Assembly (NCBI GenBank): GCA_051439425.1
Contig: JBFRWD010000110.1
Coordinates: forward strand, 28,601 to 92,600
Reading direction: 5' to 3'
Length of the DNA: 64,000 nt
Source: Synechococcus sp.
GTDB lineage: Bacteria > Cyanobacteriota > Cyanobacteriia > Thermostichales > PCC-7336
Under the pieces are notes generated by a model. The model ran no database searches. It was not told the DNA's origin and saw nothing but the letters and a program-made list of their open reading frames with translations. The position numbers and the translations under genes are program-made. Position 1 is the first letter of the stretch. Each line of letters starts with the position of its first letter. Below, in pieces: positions 1-10,806 of this stretch.

Positions 1-80
1 CGGTCAATCCGCAGCACGTTATTCTAGGAAGGCCGGTTCACAGCCGTTCTCGTCGTTAGCTTTTCACCTGTTTAACCACA

Positions 81-1547
81 ATGTTTGATGCTCTTTCCGA
101 CCAACTTGAAGCCGCGTGGAAAAAACTGCGGGGTCAAGACAAAATAACGGAGAGCAACATCAAAGATGCGCTGCGGGAAGTTCGCCGCGCTTTGCTAGAA
201 GCCGATGTCAACTTGCAGGTGGTCAAGCAGTTTGTCGAAGACATTCGCGAATCTGCCCTGGGAGCCAACGTCATCATGGGGGTTTCCCCCGATCAGCAGT
301 TCATCAAGATTGTGAACGATGAGCTAGTGAAGGTGATGGGGGAGGCAAATGCGCCTCTCAACGAAGCACCGGAAGGACAAGGTCCTACCATTGTGTTGAT
401 GGCCGGTTTGCAGGGGACGGGTAAAACTACCGCATCTGCCAAACTGGCACTGTATTTACGCAAGCAGAATAAGAAGACGTTGTTGGTCGCGGGAGACATT
501 TACCGTCCGGCAGCGATCGATCAGCTCAAAACGTTAGGGGAACAGATCGATATCCCCGTCTTCGACCTCGGCAAGACCAACCCAGTCGAAATCGCCCAGC
601 AAGGGGTAGCTAAGGGCCGCGAGGAAAACTTCGACTACGTCATTGTAGACACCGCCGGTCGTTTGCAGATCGACCGGGACATGATGGGGGAATTGGAGCA
701 GATTAAGGACACAATCAACCCCAATGAAACGCTGCTGGTTGTGGATGCCATGACGGGTCAGGAAGCAGCCAACCTGACGCGCGAGTTCCACAATCGAATT
801 GGGGTGACCGGTGCCATCTTGACCAAAATGGATGGCGATACGAGGGGTGGCGCGGCCCTCTCCGTCCGTCAGGTTTCCGGACAGCCGATTAAGTTCATTG
901 GCACAGGTGAAAAAGTCGAAGCTCTCGATCCCTTTTATCCCGAGCGGATGGCTTCGCGAATTCTGGGGATGGGAGACATCCTAACGCTGGTGGAGAAGGC
1001 GCAGGAAGAAATCGACATGTCCGATGCGCAGGCCATGACAGAGAAGATGCTGTCTGCGCAATTTGATTTCACGGACTTCCTCAAGCAAATGCGCCTGATT
1101 AAAAATATGGGCGCACTGGGGGGCTTGATGAAGATGGTTCCTGGCATGAACAAGCTGAGTGATGACCAGCTGCAAAAGGGGCAGGAACAACTGGCAAAGT
1201 CGGAAGCCATGATTAACTCCATGACTCGTCAAGAGCGTCGCAATCCCGATTTATTGGCTCGCAGTGCCAGCCGCAAACGCAGAGTGGCGGCTGGTTCTGG
1301 GCACACGATGGGAGATGTCACCAAACTGGTAGGAGACTTCCAGCGCATGCGAGACATGATGGGTCAAATGGGGCAGATGGGAGGTTTCCCTGGCATGGGG
1401 GGAATGCCAGGGATGGGGGGAATGCCCCGTGGCGGCAATGCCCCATCAGCAACGGCTGGCCCCGGCTGGCGCGGCAATCGCTCAGCTCGTCCCAAGAAAA
1501 AGCGCAATAAGCGCAGAGGTGGCGGCAACAAGGGATTTGGCGGTTAG
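81..1547 (+). CDS. ffh: Signal recognition particle protein Ffh
   Basis: SRP GTPase motifs GLQGTGKTT, DTAGR and TKMDGDTRGG, plus a Met-rich C-terminal M domain. Confidence 0.98.
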   Translation: MFDALSDQLEAAWKKLRGQDKITESNIKDALREVRRALLEADVNLQVVKQFVEDIRESALGANVIMGVSPDQQFIKIVNDELVKVMGEANAPLNEAPEGQGPTIVLMAGLQGTGKTTASAKLALYLRKQNKKTLLVAGDIYRPAAIDQLKTLGEQIDIPVFDLGKTNPVEIAQQGVAKGREENFDYVIVDTAGRLQIDRDMMGELEQIKDTINPNETLLVVDAMTGQEAANLTREFHNRIGVTGAILTKMDGDTRGGAALSVRQVSGQPIKFIGTGEKVEALDPFYPERMASRILGMGDILTLVEKAQEEIDMSDAQAMTEKMLSAQFDFTDFLKQMRLIKNMGALGGLMKMVPGMNKLSDDQLQKGQEQLAKSEAMINSMTRQERRNPDLLARSASRKRRVAAGSGHTMGDVTKLVGDFQRMRDMMGQMGQMGGFPGMGGMPGMGGMPRGGNAPSATAGPGWRGNRSARPKKKRNKRRGGGNKGFGG

Positions 1548-1593
1548 CAGCATCACCAACCCGAGAGGACTCTGCTTAATTTGAACGACCATC

Positions 1594-2091
1594 ATGTCTA
1601 GAATTCGTCATCCACGATTACCCAGAAGATCGCGCTGGATAACCATGCTGCTGGCGATGGTTATGGCTTTGGGATTGGGATGGGAGCTGCAGGCTCAAGA
1701 AGGCACCAACATCCCCGAGTGGGCAGAGGGATATCAGTTGGGGGCTCAAGTGTATGTAGAGTCTTGTGGCTCCTGTCATACGGCACTTCCCCCTGAGGTG
1801 ATGCCACGAGAAACCTGGCGAGTCTTGTTACAGTCTGAAGAGCACTATGGCGTCGACATCAACGTACCGCAGGGGCCGCTCTTGCAAGCTGCTTGGGGGT
1901 TTGTGCAAGACTTTTCGCGACCGCGCAATCAGTTTGAAGAGGTTCCCTACCGGTTGGGTGATTCACGTTACTTTCGGGCTTTACATCCACAAGTGGGGTT
2001 TGCCGAGACGATTCGTCCGACCGGATGTATCGATTGTCATCCACGCGCCAACCTAGGCAACTTTGTTAGTTTGTCTGATGAGTGGCAGTAA
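1594..2091 (+). CDS. Diheme cytochrome c (DHC family), exported
   Basis: Signal peptide and two CxxCH motifs (CGSCH, CIDCH), with the DHC-like context ALPPEVMPRETW...EHYG; start may be downstream. Confidence 0.8.
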   Translation: MSRIRHPRLPRRSRWITMLLAMVMALGLGWELQAQEGTNIPEWAEGYQLGAQVYVESCGSCHTALPPEVMPRETWRVLLQSEEHYGVDINVPQGPLLQAAWGFVQDFSRPRNQFEEVPYRLGDSRYFRALHPQVGFAETIRPTGCIDCHPRANLGNFVSLSDEWQ

Positions 2092-2219
2092 GATTGGGGC
2101 CTAGCCACATGCATTCTCTGGGGCCGTGCCATAGTTCCTTGCCTAAGCTCCCTATTGACCAGCATTAGCAACTTGCCAGAATTACCAACTTTCAGAATTA
2201 CCGATCCATAGAACTGCTC

Positions 2220-3542
2220 ATGACTGCTACCACCCTTAATTCCTCTCTGCGGGAACAGGTGCGATCCACCCGCCAAGCAGCCCTCAAGCTCGCTGTGTTA
2301 CCAACGGACGTTAAGAATGCGGCTTTGGGGGCGATCGCCGATGCAGTTGAAGCTCGCTCTGATGAAATTTTGGTTGCCAACCAACAGGATTTGGCTGCGG
2401 CAGCCGTCATGGTAGAGGAAGGGAACCTCTCGGCGGCAGCTTACGCGCGCCTGAAACTAACTCCCGACAAAATTGCCACAATGGCTGCAGGTGTGCGCGA
2501 CGTGATGCGTTTGGCCGATCCGGTCGGTGAGCTGCATTGGTCGCGAGAATTGGACACCGGACTCGTGTTGCACCGTAAAAGCACGCCGTTGGGGGTTTTG
2601 GGGATTATTTTCGAGTCACGTCCCGATGCGGTGACACAGATTTCGTCGCTGGCACTGAAAACGGGCAATGGTGTGGTACTCAAGGGGGGCAAGGAAGCCG
2701 TGAATTCTTGCCGCATGTTGGTTGAGGTTATTCACTCGGCATTGGAAGCAAAAGGTATTTCGACTGCGAGCGTAACGCTATTGACGACTCGCGAAGAAAC
2801 TAGAGCGTTGCTGGCGCTGGATGATTTAGTGGATTTGGTGATCCCTCGCGGTTCAAATTCATTCGTGCGCTACGTGCAGGACAACACCAAGATTCCCGTG
2901 TTGGGTCATGCTGACGGGATCTGTCATGCTTTTGTCGATCGCGCTGTAGACTTCGCCAAAGCCGTCCCACTGGTGGTGGATTCAAAAGTAAACTATCCTG
3001 CTGCCTGCAATGCTTTGGAAACGCTGCTGGTGCATGCAGATGTAGCTGCTGAATTCCTGCCCAAGGTTCTGACAGCCTTGCAAGCGGAAGGGGTTGAGGT
3101 ACGAGGATGCGATCGCTCTCAAGCCATCACTAATATGCCTGCCGCCACCGAAAGCGATTGGGAGACTGAGTACGGCGAGTTGGTGTTGTCGGTCAAAGTA
3201 GTGGACTCGCTAGCTAATGCTTTGTCTCATATCGAGACCTACGGCTCCCGTCACACCGAAGCCATATTTACAGAAGATGCTGCTACTGCCGAGGAGTTCA
3301 TGAACTCGGTAGATGCAGCGGGCGTGTTCCACAATGCATCTACACGGTTTTCGGATGGCTTCCGTTACGGTTTTGGGGCCGAAGTGGGCATCAGCACCCA
3401 GAAGCTACCTCCTCGCGGGCCTGTGGGGATGGAAGGATTGGTGACTTACAAATATTTGTTGGAAGGGGACGGTCATATCGTAGCCACCTATAGCGGCAGC
3501 AATGCCAAGCCATTCATTCACCGGGATTTACCACTGTCGTAG
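2220..3542 (+). CDS. proA: Gamma-glutamyl phosphate reductase
   Basis: Motifs IFESRPD, LKGGKEA, PAACNALETLL, NASTRFSDG and EVGISTQKL. Confidence 0.97.
   Translation: MTATTLNSSLREQVRSTRQAALKLAVLPTDVKNAALGAIADAVEARSDEILVANQQDLAAAAVMVEEGNLSAAAYARLKLTPDKIATMAAGVRDVMRLADPVGELHWSRELDTGLVLHRKSTPLGVLGIIFESRPDAVTQISSLALKTGNGVVLKGGKEAVNSCRMLVEVIHSALEAKGISTASVTLLTTREETRALLALDDLVDLVIPRGSNSFVRYVQDNTKIPVLGHADGICHAFVDRAVDFAKAVPLVVDSKVNYPAACNALETLLVHADVAAEFLPKVLTALQAEGVEVRGCDRSQAITNMPAATESDWETEYGELVLSVKVVDSLANALSHIETYGSRHTEAIFTEDAATAEEFMNSVDAAGVFHNASTRFSDGFRYGFGAEVGISTQKLPPRGPVGMEGLVTYKYLLEGDGHIVATYSGSNAKPFIHRDLPLS
2331..2338. repeat. HIP1 octamer GCGATCGC (one example; recurs throughout the window)
   Basis: Also at e.g. 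4763-4770 and 13564-13571 and many other sites; a cyanobacterial hallmark. Confidence 0.95.
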
Positions 3543-3637
3543 CTGAGTTTTCCTCAGTTTAGATTTCCTCAACGCCTGTCATCTGGCACGGTAAGCTAAT
3601 GCCGGATTGCAAGTAGACCGGTTGGCCAGAGAACAGT

Positions 3638-4432
3638 ATGAACGTGCGAACGATTTTGGCGGATAGCTACACCGTATGGTGGGGAGACTGGCTGGAGCTG
3701 CGATCGAAAGTATGGCAAGTCATTTCCTCCGGGTTAGTCGCTCCAACGATTTACATTCTTGCGTTCGGACTGGGATTGGGCAGTACCTTGCGGGGGGGCT
3801 CGCTAGAGGCAGTGGCCGGCAGCTCCGGGGTCGATTCGTATTTGGCATTCATCCTGCCGGGCATGGCCGCTCTGTCTGCCATGACCATCAGCTTTACCGG
3901 AACAACCTTCTCGATCTGCGGTGCTCGGCTATTTAACAAAACCTTCGAAGAGTTGCTCCTGACTCCGGTGCATCCCCTGTCTTTGCACATTGGCAAAGTG
4001 ATGTCGGGGATTTGCCGCGGTGCGCTGACCTCCCTAGCTGTTCTCGCTTTGGGACTGATTGTTACGCAGGAATGGGGATTACTGCACCCGCTTGCCCTAT
4101 TGGTGCTAGCTCTTAATTGCGCAGTCTTTGCAGGACTGGGGGTGATTGCCGGATTGAAAGTACCGTCGTTGGAAACGGTGGGGTTAATCTCGAATTTCGC
4201 GATTACCCCGATGGCGTTTTTGGGAGCAACGTTTTTCGACCCCGCTCAGTTGCCCAAAGCCTTGCAGTGGGTGGTCTACTGCCTCCCCCTCTCGCACGCT
4301 AGCATTGGTATTCGGGCGGCCGCCTACAATCCCATTTCTGAATTTCCTTGGTACACGATTCTAGTATTAGCCGGCATGGCGATCGCTCTCACCCTGCTCG
4401 GTGCTTACCAATTCTCTCACCAGCAAGATTAA
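3638..4432 (+). CDS. ABC-2 type transporter permease
   Basis: Several hydrophobic helices and ABC-2 motifs YLAFILPG, FEELLLTPV and PMAFLGATFF...LPLSHA. Confidence 0.85.
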   Translation: MNVRTILADSYTVWWGDWLELRSKVWQVISSGLVAPTIYILAFGLGLGSTLRGGSLEAVAGSSGVDSYLAFILPGMAALSAMTISFTGTTFSICGARLFNKTFEELLLTPVHPLSLHIGKVMSGICRGALTSLAVLALGLIVTQEWGLLHPLALLVLALNCAVFAGLGVIAGLKVPSLETVGLISNFAITPMAFLGATFFDPAQLPKALQWVVYCLPLSHASIGIRAAAYNPISEFPWYTILVLAGMAIALTLLGAYQFSHQQD

Positions 4433-5232
4433 GGCAGCCCCCACTCCTCCGCTTGCTGCTCGAGCCAACCGCTGTCGGCCAGTTCTTGCATTTCCACATT
4501 GACCCGTCGCCGCAATTCAGAATACTGGTTGCCTTTGGGCAGGGCGATCGCCAATCCAGAACCAGACAGTAACGGAGTCAACATTCGATATCCCGCCTCT
4601 TCTCGTACCCACCCTGTCATGACCGAGGCGTCAGCCGCTACGCCGTCCACCCGGCCAGTTTCCAGGGCGTCAACGCTATCCCGGTAAGACTCCGTTCCAA
4701 CGGTTTCTAGCTCGGAGCTGAGAGTGTTGAGTGTGGCAACGGCTGTGGAGCCTTTGAGGACGGCGATCGCTTCTGTCGATAGCTGCAGTGAGGACGACAG
4801 CGACGAGGATTCGGGCACAACAATCGCCGTTCCATCAAGGTAATAGGGCAGCGTCAGACTTACTTGACGAATGCGAGCGGTAGTAATTCCAATTTGGGCG
4901 ATCGCCATGTCTACGCGATCGTCGATGACAGCGTCGAGGCGCTCTTGATTCCTCAGAGGGACAAACTCGACAGCGCCCTCGTCCCCCAATAGCTGTTGAG
5001 CGAGCTGGCGGGCGATTTCAATTTCAAATCCCTGCCATTCTCCAGATTCATCTTGCCAAGCCAAGGGAGGCAGATCGACTTTGACTCCAACTCGCAATGC
5101 CCCCGAGTTCTCGATATCGGCCCACGGTCTTGCATTAACTGGAGTTGTCTCGAAGCAAGGGATGCCAATAAGAAAGGTAGCCCCAATCGCTAGGACTACC
5201 TGACCTATCCTTCTGAAATTAAGCCGTTTCAC
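4429..5232 (-). CDS. Polar amino-acid-type substrate-binding protein (SBP family 3)
   Basis: Signal peptide and motifs LRVGVK, GFEIEIARQLA and LTLPYYLDG. Confidence 0.88.
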   Translation of the reverse strand: MKRLNFRRIGQVVLAIGATFLIGIPCFETTPVNARPWADIENSGALRVGVKVDLPPLAWQDESGEWQGFEIEIARQLAQQLLGDEGAVEFVPLRNQERLDAVIDDRVDMAIAQIGITTARIRQVSLTLPYYLDGTAIVVPESSSLSSSLQLSTEAIAVLKGSTAVATLNTLSSELETVGTESYRDSVDALETGRVDGVAADASVMTGWVREEAGYRMLTPLLSGSGLAIALPKGNQYSELRRRVNVEMQELADSGWLEQQAEEWGLP

Positions 5233-5275
5233 GTCAGCAACATGTCATCCATCGGACAAGATTGTTGCTAGATGG

Positions 5276-5623
5276 CTATTTGGTTGCGGTCTCGACCACT
5301 TTGGTAAATGCGGAGGGATCGCTGATGGCCATCTGAGCCAGCATCTTGCGGTTGAGGCCAATGTTAGCTTGCTTCAGGCTGTAGGTCAGCTTGCTGTAGC
5401 TGAGGCCGCGCTGACGGGACGCTGCGTTAATGCGAGCAATCCACAGGCGACGAAAGTCACGCTTGCGACGGCGGCGATCGCGGTAGGAGTACCGCAGCGC
5501 CTTCATGACCTGCTGGTTCGCTGTGCGGAACAGCTTGGAGTGGGAGCCGACGTAGCCCTTGGCCAGCTTGAGGATCTTTTTGCGTCGTTTGCTGGCGACG
5601 GTACCCCGTTTTAAAAGCGAAAT
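5276..5623 (-). CDS. rplT: 50S ribosomal protein L20 (anomalous start codon ATT)
   Basis: [20 protein letters not shown]...[27 protein letters not shown] L20 sequence directly downstream of rpmI. The frame is open to 5623, where ATT stands in place of ATG. Confidence 0.95.
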   Translation of the reverse strand: MSLLKRGTVASKRRKKILKLAKGYVGSHSKLFRTANQQVMKALRYSYRDRRRRKRDFRRLWIARINAASRQRGLSYSKLTYSLKQANIGLNRKMLAQMAISDPSAFTKVVETATK

Positions 5624-5699
5624 GGTGGATGGAAGTTATACGAATTGAATATACAAAAACTCGAGCGTTTCAGATTGCGGCAAAGCAATCATTCGGGCC

Positions 5700-5897
5700 T
5701 TAACCGTAGGGCATTTGCAGCTTGACGTTGTCCGCTTCAGTTTTGGCAACGGTGCTGGTTCCACGCAGCTTGCGCTTAACGCTAGAAGACTTGTGTTCGA
5801 GCAGGTGGTTGTGGAAGGCACGACGGCGCATGACCTTGCCCGTGCGGGTAATGCGGAAGCGCTTAGCGGTGGCGCGGCGGGTTTTTACTTTCGGCAT
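5700..5897 (-). CDS. rpmI: 50S ribosomal protein L35
   Basis: 65 aa beginning [21 protein letters not shown]...HNHLLEHKS. Confidence 0.97.
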   Translation of the reverse strand: MPKVKTRRATAKRFRITRTGKVMRRRAFHNHLLEHKSSSVKRKLRGTSTVAKTEADNVKLQMPYG

Positions 5898-5924
5898 GAT
5901 GCTTATGAAACGGCACGGTCTATT

Positions 5925-5954
5925 ATCGTAGTGCCTACATCTTCACTTTTGCAA
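5925..5954 (-). promoter_or_regulatory. Putative sigma70-type promoter of rpmI-rplT
   Basis: Minus strand TTGCAA-N18-TACGAT about 30 nt upstream of the rpmI ATG. Confidence 0.4.
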
Positions 5955-6128
5955 GCACTCGTCAACGAAAGATTACCCGAGCGATTGCAATCCCCTTAGT
6001 GGCTTTGACATTACTGTGTACTAAACCAGTAAATCGCAGCTCCAACCGGATAATCCCTATCGCGAAACAAGATACCGATGCTGGGTCAACTAATGAGTCT
6101 TGGTTCAACGATTAAATCAATACTCAAG

Positions 6129-6758
6129 TCAGCTGTTAATACGAAGAACGATCCGTCCATCCACGATGTTCAGATTATCCACTTCTCGCAGTATTTCTTT
6201 CCAATCCTTATTCTCTTCGATCAGACTATTGAGAAAATCTTCATCGTTAAATGCTTCTAAGAATGCCTCTTCTACCGGAGGGGCAAGTGGAGCACCGTTA
6301 AGCTCGATCTCGCGCAGCTCCAATTCAGTTTGCTGATTTTCGATGCTGAGGTCGAGGACAAAACGCCCGTCGACAAACCGCTCCCCCACTAGCGGTAAAT
6401 TGATGACAGGATAGGCCCCAGAAATTTCCAGCAGGTCGTTTTCAATGTCGACATAGAGCCTGCCAGCAGTTTCAGGGGCTTGGGCGATCGCCAAGTTGAT
6501 TTCTCGCGCTGTGAGAGCAATCTCGGCAGGCTCGTTGGCGTTATAGGCAGCTGAGAATGCCTGCAGTTTTTGCTGAAGCTCGGCCCATTCCGCCTCGGTC
6601 GATTGGATTTCAGGTAGCTCTGTGGGGTCTGTGGTGGTGAAGAAGGTGATAGCACGATAGCTCAGAAATGCCGTACAGCCTCCCCCCAAGAGGAAGAGCA
6701 CGGATAGGGATAGACATCCCCAGAAACAACAGCCACGTCCGCTATTGTTTGCACCCAT
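6129..6758 (-). CDS. Hypothetical membrane-anchored protein
   Basis: 209-aa ORF with a Cys/Gly-rich N-terminus (GCCFWGCL), one TM helix and an acidic soluble domain. Confidence 0.7.
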   Translation of the reverse strand: MGANNSGRGCCFWGCLSLSVLFLLGGGCTAFLSYRAITFFTTTDPTELPEIQSTEAEWAELQQKLQAFSAAYNANEPAEIALTAREINLAIAQAPETAGRLYVDIENDLLEISGAYPVINLPLVGERFVDGRFVLDLSIENQQTELELREIELNGAPLAPPVEEAFLEAFNDEDFLNSLIEENKDWKEILREVDNLNIVDGRIVLRINS

Positions 6759-6876
6759 GACCTGTTTACCCTAGCTGTCAACTGCAATGAGTTGTAGCCG
6801 CAATTGCACTACATGGCTGTTGCTGAGTGAATAATTTTTTTAACCACTGTTGTGGTGATATGAGTTGCTACACGAA

Positions 6877-6971
6877 TATAGGGGTTGCCATTTCAGTTAG
6901 GACAACGGCTTCCAATCGCAGTCAGGGTTGAATAGAGCTGAAATATCCGCAGTGGTATGGCCATTGCTATA
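6877..6971 (+). repeat. ~95-bp dispersed MITE-like repeat, copy A
   Basis: TATAGGGGTTGCCATTTCAGTTAGGAC...GCTGAAATATCCGCAGTGGTATGGCCATTGCTATA; aligns by eye with the copies at 26979, 50096 and 54482. Confidence 0.85.
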
Positions 6972-7063
6972 TCTGATGGCAACGTGCTGTCTCTGGCCTG
7001 AAGGTTCGAGCGCCTTCACTATAGAGACGTTGAGTCCTTGGCGAGTCAGGCGGGAGCAATGGC

Positions 7064-7732
7064 GTGAAAGTGTTGGTGGGGTCGGATTATCACTGTGATG
7101 CTTCCTTACAGCAGCAGGCTCTGGATGCAATGGGGGATGCGGATTGGTACATCTATTGCGGGGATTTTTGTAGCTGGGCGGGAAGACAGCCAGAGGCCGG
7201 ACAGGCTGGATTTCATCCCCGCGGCGCAGATGAACTGGAGCAGTTGCAGGCATTTTGGCAACAGGTCGATACCGTCGGCATCCCTTGGCTGTTTGTGCCC
7301 GGTAACCACGAACCTCCGGCACAAACATTGGACGAGCTATTTACTCGGTCGGATTTGAGCAATGGGATATTAGCCTTAAAGACTCAACTCATGCAGGTCG
7401 GACCGTTACAGGCGTTGATCGTGCCTCTCACACCCCCCTGCGGATGGTGCTGGTCTCTTAGTCGCAATCGCCTGAAGGAGTTGCAAGCCACCTACAAAGA
7501 CGTCAACGTCGATCTCCTAATCACCCACGCACCACCCAAAGGAACTCTGGATGAAGGGGGACAGTGGTATCGCGGCAAAATCCCGACGTTAGCTCCATTA
7601 GTGCAGCAGCTGGCTCCCAGATACTATCTCTGCGGTCACATGCATTTGGATGGTGGAAAAAGCGAGATGAAAAACGGGACAACTTACGTCAATGCTGCCT
7701 TACATAACGTTGTCGTCGAGATGGAACATTGA
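7064..7732 (+). CDS. Metallophosphoesterase (Icc-like)
   Basis: Motifs SDYH, CGDF, PGNHE, THAPP and CGHMH. Confidence 0.88.
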   Translation: MKVLVGSDYHCDASLQQQALDAMGDADWYIYCGDFCSWAGRQPEAGQAGFHPRGADELEQLQAFWQQVDTVGIPWLFVPGNHEPPAQTLDELFTRSDLSNGILALKTQLMQVGPLQALIVPLTPPCGWCWSLSRNRLKELQATYKDVNVDLLITHAPPKGTLDEGGQWYRGKIPTLAPLVQQLAPRYYLCGHMHLDGGKSEMKNGTTYVNAALHNVVVEMEH

Positions 7733-7836
7733 ATATGGAGGCTCCGGTGGGCGAAAAGACTCGCCAGCGTGGTGATTGCCTTTCAGATATTGGAAGCGGG
7801 CGATTCTATCGTCACCTCAAAGGCAGCTCATCGCTA

Positions 7837-9858
7837 TTACTGAGTGTTGGGGATCGTATGTCCCCGAGTTGAATTAAACGCCGGATAGTGTGTCCTCGGT
7901 TGAACCGTCGGAGATTGACTGACAGAGGGGGTCGATGGTGCGGAGGGGAGGACGTTATCGGTATTGGCCGCTCCCGATTGCAACCAGGCCTTCAGTTCGG
8001 CGGGTGTTTGGACGCGAGAGAGGAGTCGCTTGAGTTCGTCCCCATCCAACACTTCCCGCTGCAGCAGTAATTGAGCGGTTTCGGCCAACACCTCCCGATT
8101 GAGGGACAAAATCGAACGGGCCATTTCTCGGGCGGAATCGATTAACCGTTTGACCTCGCGATCGATCTCTTCAGATACGGACTGGCTCACAGCTCGACGA
8201 GGGTTGGTGTACCCCTCCAAAAACTGCGGTTGCGACTTTTCGTAAGCGATCGGGCCGAGGGTGGAACTCATGCCGTACAGCGTTACAAACCGCTCGGCTA
8301 GATCCGTGGCTTTTTGAATATCATCGCTAGCCCCTGTTGAGGTCTTTCCGAACATGGCTTCCTCCGCAACCCTTCCAGCTAGTAAGGTGGCCAGCCGTCC
8401 GCGAATTTCGTCTTCTCCTACTAAGTAGCGATCCTCCTCCGGCAGTTGCAGCGTATATCCCAGCGCTGCGGCCCCCCTCGGCACCACTGAAATTTTTTCC
8501 ACCGTCCCCAAGCCCGGCATCAACGCACCGACAATGGCGTGCCCGACTTCGTGGTGGGCCACAACTGTCTGCTCTCGCTCGTTGAGAATGCGCGATCGCT
8601 TCTCTAGTCCCGCCAAAATTCGTTCGATGGCCTCCTCGAAATCTGCCATTTCCACAACGCTGTGGTTTTTCCGTGCTGCCAGCAGAGCGGCTTCGTTAAT
8701 CAGATTGGCCAGATCGGCCCCGGCCAAGCCGGGGGTGCGTGCGGCAATTTTGGCCAGATTAATATCGGGAGCCAGTTTGACGTCGCGAGCATGAACTTTG
8801 AGGATGGCAAATCGACCAACGCGATCGGGGCGATCGACCAAGACCTGCCGGTTGAAGCGACCCGGACGCAGTAGTGCTGGGTCAAGGACTTCGGGACGGT
8901 TGGTAGCAGCCAGCAAAATGACGCCACTATTGGGATCGAATCCATCCAGCTCCGACAGCAATTGATTCAGAGTTTGTTCGCGTTCGTCATTGCCCCCCAT
9001 CATGGGGCCGCTACTGGCGCGGGATTTTCCGAGGGCATCCAGCTCGTCAATAAATACGATGCAGGGCGCCTGGCGTTTGGCCTGTTCGAACAAGCTTCGC
9101 ACCCGCGATGCTCCGACCCCCACGAACAGCTCGATAAACTCTGCACCGGAGATACTGAAGAAGGGCACCCTGGCCTCACCGGCGATCGCCCGCGCCAGCA
9201 ACGTTTTGCCTGTACCCGGGGGCCCCACTAACAACACACCCTTGGGAATTTTGGCCCCAAGCTGCGTGTACCGGTTAGCGTCTTGCAGAAAGGACACCAG
9301 TTCCTGCAACTCTTCTTTGGCTTCGTCAACTCCTGCCACATCGGCAAACGTGACTTTGGTGGCCCCTTCCGAGTAAATACGAGCTCGACTCTTACCGAAC
9401 GCCAGTGGATTGGTTCCTTGCCCGGTGTTCTGAGCCTTGCTGAAAATCCACGACCACAGTCCAAACAGTAGGATTAGTGGAAACAGCCAGCTTGTGACCG
9501 ATCGCCACCCTCCTGAGGAGCGTGGCAATCCCGAAAATTTCACTCCGTGTTCTCGCAGTAGCGGCACCAGTTGGGCGTCTTCGGGTACTGCTACGGTCAC
9601 GAGTGTTTGACCAACCTCCTCCTCCCCTTCGGGCTTCAGCACAAATTCAATGGACGTCGTTCCAATTTCCACTTCTTCCACTACACCAGATTCAACGCGA
9701 TCGAGAAACTGGCTGTAGGACACGGTTTCGTATCGGGGTTGTTGGGGGACGAGCAGGCTAAACCACAACAGCAACAGAAACAATGGCAGCAACCCACCGC
9801 TTCCCAAGCCTCCTGGCGACTCGCGGGAATTCAGTTTTCCATGCTTGTTAACACCCAC
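7837..9858 (-). CDS. ftsH: ATP-dependent zinc metalloprotease FtsH
   Basis: Two TM helices, Walker A GPPGTGKT, Walker B IVFIDE, SRH region and HEVGH zinc motif. Confidence 0.97.
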   Translation of the reverse strand: MGVNKHGKLNSRESPGGLGSGGLLPLFLLLLWFSLLVPQQPRYETVSYSQFLDRVESGVVEEVEIGTTSIEFVLKPEGEEEVGQTLVTVAVPEDAQLVPLLREHGVKFSGLPRSSGGWRSVTSWLFPLILLFGLWSWIFSKAQNTGQGTNPLAFGKSRARIYSEGATKVTFADVAGVDEAKEELQELVSFLQDANRYTQLGAKIPKGVLLVGPPGTGKTLLARAIAGEARVPFFSISGAEFIELFVGVGASRVRSLFEQAKRQAPCIVFIDELDALGKSRASSGPMMGGNDEREQTLNQLLSELDGFDPNSGVILLAATNRPEVLDPALLRPGRFNRQVLVDRPDRVGRFAILKVHARDVKLAPDINLAKIAARTPGLAGADLANLINEAALLAARKNHSVVEMADFEEAIERILAGLEKRSRILNEREQTVVAHHEVGHAIVGALMPGLGTVEKISVVPRGAAALGYTLQLPEEDRYLVGEDEIRGRLATLLAGRVAEEAMFGKTSTGASDDIQKATDLAERFVTLYGMSSTLGPIAYEKSQPQFLEGYTNPRRAVSQSVSEEIDREVKRLIDSAREMARSILSLNREVLAETAQLLLQREVLDGDELKRLLSRVQTPAELKAWLQSGAANTDNVLPSAPSTPSVSQSPTVQPRTHYPAFNSTRGHTIPNTQ

Positions 9859-9908
9859 ACTCGAACCTCTACGTCACGTCGAACCTGTTCTTAGGTCAGA
9901 GTTTTGAG

Positions 9909-10505
9909 TCATACCGAAACGGTTTTGGATGTATCCGACTGAGTAGGAGCTTCAGATTTGGAGCCTCCTGCGTCTTCATTAGTTTGTTGCTCCCATTCTT
10001 CACTCGTCCTTTCGTCGATAACGTCAGCGGGCAATCCTACCAGCAGTACGGCACTGCGGGCATGGTGAGTGACGTAGTTACTGACGCTCCCCATCAGCAG
10101 TTCGCTCAATCCGCGCCGTCCGTGGCGACCCATGACGATCAGGTCTGCTTTCCAGGCATCTGCCAGCTCGCAAATGCTCCGTCCGGGGGGGCCAAATTGT
10201 TGCGACCACTCCACCTCAAGTCCTTGCTTCTTGGCATGCTCCGCTTGCCATTCCAGGCGGTGTTGGCAATCTTGTTCGTAGCGTTTCCAACTATCGCGAT
10301 AAGAGGTCAACAAATCGGTGCTGGCGTACCAATAATCCATGCTGGTACCGATGGTGGCGGCTTGGGGGGCTCCTTCCTCTTCACTGGTGAGCACGTGAAC
10401 CAACATGAGAGATCCTGCGGCTGCTTTGGCAAGGTCAATCGCTTCATCCAATACGCGATCGGCGATATCGGAGCGATCCAGAGCAACTAAGATTTTGCGA
10501 TACAT
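9909..10505 (-). CDS. Universal stress protein (USP)
   Basis: MYRKILVALDRS...ADLIVMGRHGRRGLSELLMGSVSNYVTHHA; start trimmed to the ATG at 10505. Confidence 0.92.
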   Translation of the reverse strand: MYRKILVALDRSDIADRVLDEAIDLAKAAAGSLMLVHVLTSEEEGAPQAATIGTSMDYWYASTDLLTSYRDSWKRYEQDCQHRLEWQAEHAKKQGLEVEWSQQFGPPGRSICELADAWKADLIVMGRHGRRGLSELLMGSVSNYVTHHARSAVLLVGLPADVIDERTSEEWEQQTNEDAGGSKSEAPTQSDTSKTVSV

Positions 10506-10806
10506 GAAAACCTCTCTACGCATGTGCGTGTTTTGGTCACTTATCAGGCTTGCGATGAGGGTTGCCGTAGCGCGACGAGAACACTGCAGCAAACCTGAGG
10601 GGCTAGTCCTTCACGGCTCTGTTGAGAGAACACTAACGTTAGCCCAAGGTACAAAATCCCCCCTCTACTTCTGTTGTAGGAGTCAAAGTTGAGGATTGTG
10701 TGACTGTGGCGATCGCTCGATCGCCGAACAGTCTGCTAGTGGGTCAAGCGCAATCGCGATCGTTTTTTGAGAGGGAGCCACTAGGATTGAAAGGCAGATT
10801 TTTTGC

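Noticed and set aside
1355..1440. GGMPG/MGQ repeats at the Ffh C-terminus
   Set aside because: Normal low-complexity tail of Ffh M domains.
3638..5232. ABC permease and substrate-binding protein as one transporter
   Set aside because: The genes are convergent and belong to different ABC classes (ABC-2 exporter versus importer binding protein).
8851..8853. FtsH SRH region reads GRFNR instead of the usual GRFDR
   Set aside because: A single substitution with the arginine fingers and all other motifs intact; not enough to claim altered function.
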